Assembly (NCBI RefSeq): GCF_009914755.1
Contig: NC_060940.1
DNA: 64,000 bases
DNA from: the human T2T-CHM13v2.0 reference genome, Homo sapiens
Strand: one strand, 5' to 3'
Under the pieces are notes generated by a model that was not told the DNA's origin, ran no database searches, and worked only from the letters and a program-made list of their open reading frames with translations. Shown here one piece after another: positions 29,359-64,000 of the stretch. The position numbers and the translations under genes are program-made. The number at the start of each line of letters is the position of its first letter. Position 1 is the first letter of the stretch.

Positions 29359-30294
29359 TCAAAAAAAAAATAATAAAATAAGTTAGCCGGGCATGGTAGC
29401 ATAGGCCTGTACTCCAAGCTACCTGGGAGGCCGAGACACGAGACTCACTTGAACCTGAGAGATGGATGTTACAGTGAGCTGAGAGCGAACCTCTGCACTC
29501 CTGCCTGGGCAAGAAAGCAAGACTCTAAAAAAGACTGTCTAAGAACCCCATGCAGGCTGAGTCAAGGAAACTAAGAAACTAAGCATCTTGGTAAACCAAC
29601 GAAAATCAAAGGTAAAATCTTAAAAGCATCCAAAGAAAATCCATTAAACCTTTTTAAAAAGCAACAGTAAATCACTGACTTCTCCACGAATCAACAGAAG
29701 CCAGGAGACACTGAAACACCTTCCAAGTCCAAATATCCATGTACATACCCACATGCACGTCTCAACAAAAATTATTTTTCAGAGTGACAGGCAACTTTTA
29801 CAAGATCAAAATGAATAAATATCTTTTCAGACAGTGGAACAACAGGAGAATTTTCTCCAACAAAATTTTCACTGCATTAAAGGAAAGACTAAAAGTTTCC
29901 AGAGAGAGAGAGACCGCCAATCCGGACACATCCTGGGAAAGGAACCGGCCCCCTCCATGGCCTGGCCGAAGTGATGGAAGCTGAGCGTGAGGAAGCCTCA
30001 AGATCTAACTGCAGAGGCCGAGCGCGGTGGCTCATGCCTATGATCCCAGCACTTTCGGAGGCCGAGGCAGGCAGATCACCTGAGGTCAGGAATTTGAGAC
30101 CAGTCTGAACAACATAGTGAAACCCCATCTCTACTGAAAATACAACAATTAGCCGGGCGTGGTAGTGAGTGCCTATAATCCCAGTTACTTGAGAGGCTGA
30201 GGCAGAAGAATGGCTTGAACCCAGGAGGCAGAGGTTGCCGTGAGCCAAGATGTCACTGCACTCCAGCCTAGGCAGCAGAACAAGACTCTGTCTC

Positions 30295-30326
<32 letters not shown>

Positions 30327-30848
30327 AACTGCAGGGTCACAGAAAATGCAGAGAGGGAGGCGGGGAAGAGTGTGGGAGCTGAGAGGACAGTGGCGCCAGC
30401 TCCCAGCAGTGGATGCAGAAGGTGTGAGGGGCTGGGGTCTGACGGGGGAGGGGGTGATGCTTGCATGCACATTCCTGAGCACTGGACATGGGGGACTAAA
30501 GGCAGAGAAAGGCACCTGGAGTGTGTGGGTCAGCAGTGGTCCCAGTGACAACTCCAGGGGGCTATGGATTGCAGAGCCTGGCCAAGGACTGCTGCCTTCC
30601 AGAAAGCCCCACGGGTCAAGCTAGCTTCAGCAGGTAGGGCCTAAATTCTAAACCCAGGGTGGAGCCGTGAGCAGGCAAGAGATATGAAGACCTCAGCTTC
30701 CTGAGAAGGCTGGGTTGCCAACATTAACTGCAGCCTGGAAAGGGAACGGTAGTGCTGCCCCTTTGTGGGTGACAAGGACAACTTCAAGCCCACCTCCCCT
30801 GGGCCACACAGACACAGGCAGTGCAGTCAGGGCTTCTAAACAGATGCA

Positions 30849-30854
30849 TTTAAT
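30849..30854 (-). terminator. CTRB2: CTRB2 polyadenylation signal (ATTAAA)
   Basis: TTTAAT on the plus strand, ~40 nt downstream of the stop codon. Confidence 0.75.
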
Positions 30855-30891
30855 GGGAAATCTTAAGGCAGGGGTGGCAGGAGCTGCGGGC

Positions 30892-33886
<2,995 letters not shown>

Positions 33887-33930
33887 GGTGCCGCTGGCAG
33901 GGGTGTAGGACGCCTGTCTGCCGGTCCCCG

Positions 33931-34047
33931 TTATAGCCCTGTGTGCCTGCTGTTATCTGGAGACCTTGGGGCGATAATCCCTTCCCTGGGAGTGGGCAAG
34001 ATGTGTCGGTGCAGGGCTGGCCAGGAAGCCTGGGATGGCAGCAGCTG
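33931..34047 (-). promoter_or_regulatory. CTRB2 proximal promoter: TATA (33931-33935), GATA site (~33953), PTF1-like E-box+TC-box (34031-34047)
   Basis: The minus strand has GGCTATAAC ~45 nt upstream of the ATG, AGATAA, and CAGCTG-N4-CATCCCA (imperfect TC-box). Confidence 0.6.
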
Positions 34048-34230
34048 TGGCCTTAGCTGAGCCGGGCTAACCCAGGTGGCCTTCGACCATTGCCTTTCTC
34101 CTCCAGGCCCAGGCTTGGGCAGGGGCCTCCAGGGGCTGAGTCCAGCATCCCCGGGTTTGAGCCCCAGCTGAGTCTCTTGTGCTCTGCAAAGAATTCACTT
34201 GATCTTTTCATGGTTTGAAAACCCCTGGGC

Positions 34231-45093
<10,863 letters not shown>

Positions 45094-45543
45094 TTATGAA
45101 ATGATTAGTTCCTTATATCATGAGTCATTGCAGAAAAAGTGAATTCTGTTGGGTTCTACAGCACAGGTGGGACGCGTGTCAGTGGCTTTGCCCACCTGTT
45201 ACGGCCACCAGCGGGTTGGTCCTTGTCACCCAGACCCTCGCCACAGTCAGAAGTGGCTTGGCTTCACTGGTGACTTGCAGTGACACTCTGGAGAATCCAC
45301 GATGCCCTGAGTCACCCTTTGCTTCTAGGACAGTGTTAGGCGGAAACACCCTTCACTGAGAGCCTGAGTTCCCGGAGACCTGGTTCCATGACAGCAGCTG
45401 GTCCTCCACGAGCCCTGGGGTGGAACTGCCTCCACTTCCCCTCTGGGAACAGAAGAGCCTGGTGCCGTCTCCTGGCAGGGATACTGCAGCTCACAGCTGG
45501 CTCTGTGGGATCATGTCCCCAAGGCTGACCGGTGATGTCAGCG

Positions 45544-45560
45544 CAGCTGCCCCTTTCCCA
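45544..45560 (+). promoter_or_regulatory. PTF1 (PTF1A/E-protein/RBPJL) bipartite site upstream of CTRB1
   Basis: CAGCTG-cccc-TTTCCCA, the canonical E-box + 4 nt + TC-box of pancreatic acinar enhancers, ~200 nt upstream of the ATG. Confidence 0.8.
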
Positions 45561-45701
45561 GGGACTGGGGTTGTCTGGTAGAGAGCCAGGCGGGGCTCTG
45601 TCTCCACTTATTGCCCAAGGTCCCTGGGTAACAGGGAGGGTGGGCTCAGGCCTCCCTGGCTGGGGGAGCGGGGGGGGCTGGGCTCCCTGCCCCCCCAAGG
45701 T

Positions 45702-45710
45702 GGTAAAAGG
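45702..45710 (+). promoter_or_regulatory. Weak TATA-like element of CTRB1
   Basis: GGTAAAAGG ~48 nt upstream of the ATG, the same position as the TATAA in CTRB2. Confidence 0.5.
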
Positions 45711-45752
45711 GGCCCCGCAGCTGGCAGGCCCCACACCTTCTGAGGCAGCGGC

Positions 45753-51615
<5,863 letters not shown>

Positions 51616-51654
51616 GCCCGCGGCTCCCTCCGACCCTGCTCCCCACAGAGCCTC

Positions 51655-51660
51655 AGTAAA
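51655..51660 (+). terminator. CTRB1: CTRB1 polyadenylation signal (variant AGTAAA)
   Basis: AGTAAA 40 nt after the stop codon, positionally equivalent to the CTRB2 ATTAAA. Confidence 0.65.
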
Positions 51661-52214
51661 CCCATGGAACACACGTCGGCGCTGTCCGTCTTCTGTTTTG
51701 GGGCCTCCAAGGCCTCACTCCACTCCGGAACCTGGGCCCCCACTGGGCTGGACTGGGCTGGGCTAGGCATGGGCGGCCTCTGGGAGGACCCTTCCTTAGT
51801 CCCCTCTCCCACCACTCAGGCTCCTGCTTCCCAGAGAGTGGCCAGGAACACACGGGCAGATGAAAAGGGGTGCAGAGACAGACGGGGGATCTGGCTGGTG
51901 GGGACCGGGTGGACCTTGGCCCCCATCCTCAGCACCTGCCCCCAGGCGACAGGTTCTTGCCACCCACCCTTGCTCTCTTGCTCTGGGCCCTGCAGGAGGG
52001 CGTGGGCAGCGTGGGGGCTGTGGGGGGATGAGCTCACTCTGGCCCCACAGACCTGTGGCTCCAAGGAATCTTCCCACGGCCACTCCTAGGGCTGCCAGAC
52101 ATACGCTGGAGCCAGGAGCGTTATCAACGCAAGGACTGGTGATGAGGTGGGTGGTGTCGAGGTGGGCCGTGATTGGTGGGCTCAGGGGACAGTATGGGGA
52201 CCCTCTGACATCCC

Positions 52215-54925
52215 ATGGCCTTTCTCTGGATCACTGGCTTCCCCCTGGCAGTGACTTTTTTTTTTTTTTTTTTGAGACAGAGTCTCACTCTGTCGCCCAG
52301 GCTGGGGTGCAGTGGTGCGATCTCACCTTCCAAGTAGCTGGGACTACAGGCGCCCGCCACCATGCCCGGCTAATTGTTTTGTATTTTTTTAGTAGAGACG
52401 GGGTTTCACCGTGTTAACCAGGATGGTCTCGATCTCCTGACCTCGTCATCCGCCCGCCTTGGCCTCCCAAAGTGCTGCGATTACAGGCCTGAGCCACCGC
52501 GCCCAGCCCTATGGCAATGACTCTTAAAAGTTCGAGGCTCAGGCAGGCCGGGAGCCCCAGGTCAAACATGCCCATCCCCAGCCCCAAATGCCCAGAAGCA
52601 AAAAGCCCGCCGTGCCATGTTTCATCAAGGCACCACATCCTCCGTGGCCAGATCGTCCTCCCCTTCCTCCTCACACCCTGCCAGCTGGCCCCCGCCCCTC
52701 TGGCCGCTACCCCCACCCCCTCGGCCGTGCTTGGGGCATCTGTTTCCTCCCTTCCTTAGCCCCCGCACCCTCAGACCCTCCACACCCTACGATTCTGCCT
52801 CCTGAGGGGCTCCTGCATCCACGCCTTTTGCCCACCCCTCACCCCCAGCCCCTGCACCCTCTGGACTTGGGCGGCCTCCTGGGTTTATGTGCCCCCGGGC
52901 CCCACACCCCAATCCACCCCAGCCACTGACTCAGAGTCCTCAAGAGCACAGGGACCCAAGGAGATACAGCCACCATGTCCCAGCACCCTGGGCTCAGAAG
53001 GGGACAGACACTCCCTTGGGTACACAACGGTCAGGGGAGGGGGCTGAGGGCACTGCAGTGGCACCTCAGGACACCATCAACTGCCGGCTGTTCTGGGGAG
53101 GATGCCAACTCCAGCTCCGAGGCCTGGCAGGTGTCCCTGCAGATCAGAGAGGTCCTGCCCATGTGGTGGGGGGGACCCTGGGTGGTGGGCAGGCTAGAGT
53201 TGGGGGGAAGTTTAAAACAATTTTTATTAATATATAAATAGAGACTTGGGTCTCACTATGCGGCCCGACTGGCCTTGAAGTTTGGCCTCAAGTGATCCTC
53301 CTGCCTCAGCCTCCCAAAGTGCTAGGATTACACAGCCCTCGCCCCTCGGGTCCCTTCTGCCCTTGTGGGAGTTGCCAGTCCTCCTATCCTCCCAGTACAA
53401 AGCTGGCTTCCACTTCTGCGGGGGCTACCACATCAGCGAGGACTGGGTGGTCACCGCTGCCCACCAGGGGTCAGGTGAGGCTTGAGCTTGAGGAGTTGGG
53501 GCCCACCAGGTGTCAGGGAATGACACTCATCCCCCTTCCCAACCCCAACTACACCCTGCAACCAACAGGAAAAGGGTCGGAAATGAACTGCAGGCTGGGG
53601 AACCAGCACCCCCATCCCCCGGCCACAGGCAGAGCCGCCTCTGCAGGTGACACCCACCCCAGGCCGTGCACCCCACCTCCACCCTCGCAGGCCACCCAGA
53701 CGGCAGCTTGGGGAAACCTGGGAGGTCCCGTACCCTCACTGTGCAGGTGGGGAAATTTAGACCCTGAAAAAGGGATGCCCTGAGATCACCATGAGATTGA
53801 GGGGCAAGCAGGGCTCACCCTGACTGGCTCACTTCCCAGGCACCCCCATGAGCCCAGGCACCGCCTGCCACCCTCACTCTCCAGGAAGAGCCACCGCGTG
53901 GTGGCCGGGATCGTGTGGTGGCCAGGGCGTCTGACCTTGGCTCTCACCCGGAGGCCATCCAGGTGCTGAGGATGGCTAACGCTAAGGCCACACAGCCAGG
54001 GAGAGGAGGTGGCTCGTGACACCACGATGGGACACACCCACCTCTGGGAGAGGAGGTGAGTGGGCACAAGGGCCCCTGCCCAGCTGGCCTGGGCCTTGCC
54101 CTGCACCCTTGGCTGCCAGGGCCCATGGGCACCTGCCTCTCCCAGCTTTTTCCTTCCCAAGTAGTAAAGCTCCTGAAAGGACCCTGACAGGTGTCTTCGA
54201 TGGTAAAGTTTTGCTCATTGTAGAAAAACGTGGACAGATAATCATTAAAAATCACCACGTGCCACGGGCTATTCTCCATCCGTCTCCATAGACTCACCTG
54301 TCCAGTCCCATTCCTGTTCCTTTCTCAATGTACCCCAGCACTATCCAGTCCACTCATGGAGGCCTGGGCTCCCCACTCCTCTCTGCCCTCCTTCCCTAGG
54401 CCTTACAAGGGCCAGGACTCAGGCTCACAGCTTCCTGAACCAGGCAGGCGAGGCTGCCTGGGGACTTCCTCCTCTTCCCAGCCCTCTGAGCTGGAAGCGT
54501 CAGCTCATGGGATGAATGGCGCCCCGGCATGGATGAAAGCCACTTGCCCCAGCTCCCTCCAGGAGTGTGCATGGCAGAGCTGGGGCTGCCACGTGAACCC
54601 AGGCCTCAGGACCCTGGCACAGCCCCTGCACCCACACTTGCCATTTCTCCGCACCCCTCCCTGGACTCCGCCAGGTTAGGGTCTCCCAGGCCCTGGCACC
54701 CAGTTCAGGCCTGGAGACACCTCCTCTCCTTCCTGCAGGGTGACTCCGACAGCCCTTGCCTGCCAGGATGGAGCCTGGACTCTGGAGGGCATCGTGTCCT
54801 GGAGCAGCACCAGCACCTCCTGTTGTCACCAGGCGTGGATGCCCGCATCATGAAATTCATGCCTGGGAAGGCGTGGAGGCCGAGACCACCCCCCCTACCC
54901 CGCATCTGTGTAAAACACAAATAAA
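52215..54925 (+). pseudogene. Unprocessed chymotrypsinogen B pseudogene (third paralog)
   Basis: Relics occur in the correct order: exon 1-like ATGGCCTTTCTCTGG (52215, MAFLW), exon 2 3' half (53094-53142), exon 3 (53396-53474, [18 protein letters not shown], 1-bp deletion), exon 4 (53885-53980), intron 6 (54445-54738), exon 7 (54739-~54870) and AATAAA at 54920-54925. Exons 5-6 are not recognisable. Confidence 0.88.
52256..52507 (-). mobile_element. AluY-like element with internal deletion, inserted in the pseudogene exon 1 relic
   Basis: Poly(T) plus Alu body, TSD TGGCA(G/A)TGACT. Confidence 0.88.
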
Positions 54926-55797
54926 GCCATTGAGAGCAACTGCATACACCTTTACCTCTGTGTCCTCACCAAGGCAGGTGGGCTGAGCATGATGTGGCTG
55001 AGGTGGGGGGACAGATGCTGTCACGGGGACAACCTCTGTAGAGGTAAGATCAGGAGGGCTTGCGAATCACCCAGCCCTACTCCCTTCTTCATACAGATGG
55101 GGAAACCAAGGCCCATGTTCATATGCAGAACGGTCAGGGCTGGGAGCAGCACCAGGGGTTCCAAGCACCCTGAAGCTTCCATCTGGGCTGCGGGCTGCTG
55201 GGTGGGGGAGCCACGAAGGGGGACACACTTGCCCAGGGCAAGGGTCTTCTCCAAGCCCCTCCCTCCCAACTCAGATGCCAGGTCCAGGTATAATTCCATG
55301 TGCACTTCGGGAGTTCCGCAGGCTGGGATGAGATTCTTTTAAGCAGAGCTCTGGATGCAGCCCCCAGCGGTGCCCTCGGCTCACAGGAACCCGTCCCCTT
55401 GTGCAGCTGTTCCTGCCCCAATCTGCCCTCACTCCAGATGCCAGCTGTGGGCATGGGCAGGTGCTCACTGTGGCAGCTCCCTAGGGTTGCAGGGGCCATG
55501 CCCAGGCTGTGCTTTCTGGGCCCCAGACCCTGCAGCTCTGAAACTGCCCCCTTTCTTGGGCCCAGGCTCTGCCCTGGCTCCCAGGGCCTTGTGGCCAGCT
55601 GCAGGCCTCACCCCGCCTCCAGGAGACACCCAGCCTCGGCGTTCCTTGGTTTTCTTCTAGAGAGACCCACTCCTCCTCTGCCCTCCCGGGAGATGCCACG
55701 CATGGCCCTTGCCCCCGGGTGCCTTCCCCAGAACCGTCACCCACCCCGGGCTGCTCTCATCTGCCACCCTCAGGCAGCTGCTCTTCCTTTTAAAAAC

Positions 55798-55803
55798 TTT
55801 ATT
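55798..55803 (-). terminator. BCAR1: BCAR1 polyadenylation signal AATAAA
   Basis: TTTATT on the plus strand, ~460 nt downstream of the stop codon. Confidence 0.8.
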
Positions 55804-56259
55804 TAAATGGAGACTCTTAGTCAAATGATTGGAAAACCAATAACGAAAAATAGTTCTTCAGGTTCTTCTCCTGGTAAGGCGGAGGACACACCAAACTGCA
55901 CTGGCCCTGTCAGGGGACACGGCACCCTCGTGGGACCAGGCTCAGCCCTCGGGGTGGCACGAGGTCCTGCAGGCTGCAGGACCCTCACACTCCAGCCCCG
56001 TCTGGTGACCCAACCCGGGCCCGTGGTGCATGCTGGGGAAGGCCACTGGCCGGCCCCTGGGCTTCGGCTCCTGAGGAGGCATGGCCCCACACCCTGCCCG
56101 GCCATAAATATATACAGATTCCTGGGCATCCAGGGCACCAGGACCGACGCAGAGCTGGGGTCCTGTCCCTAAGCCTGTGGCACAGCGACTCTTGACATGG
56201 GAGCCAGGGAGCTGGGACCGCCGCACCCCTCCCCTGCCTCCCTCCTGGGGTCACCACCC

Positions 56260-64000
<7,741 letters not shown>

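Overview
This is primate DNA, almost certainly human chr16q23.1, recognised from the encoded proteins and the Alu/L1 content. From left to right: (1) 1-30 kb is a repeat-rich intergenic region. It holds an old, near full-length L1M element riddled with Alus and an MST LTR, an LTR8 solo LTR, a small internally deleted ERV1-type provirus (LTR-PBS-PPT-LTR), a processed pseudogene of the Y-linked RPS4Y gene and a strong CTCF motif. (2) The divergently transcribed chymotrypsinogen pair follows: CTRB2 (minus strand, 7 exons, CDS 30892-33886) and CTRB1 (plus strand, 7 exons, CDS 45753-51615). Their exon 2 to intron 6 segments form ~1.55-kb near-identical inverted repeats around a ~16.6-kb spacer carrying both promoters and first exons. 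This is the known invertible segment. (3) A decayed third chymotrypsinogen gene lies at ~52215-54925, and its last intron matches CTRB2 rather than the neighbouring CTRB1. (4) The 3' part of BCAR1 (p130Cas) is on the minus strand and runs off the right end. There are no prokaryotic features. Most listed ORFs are Alu-derived or intron read-through artefacts. Repeat subfamily names come from recalled consensus sequences, and their boundaries are approximate.
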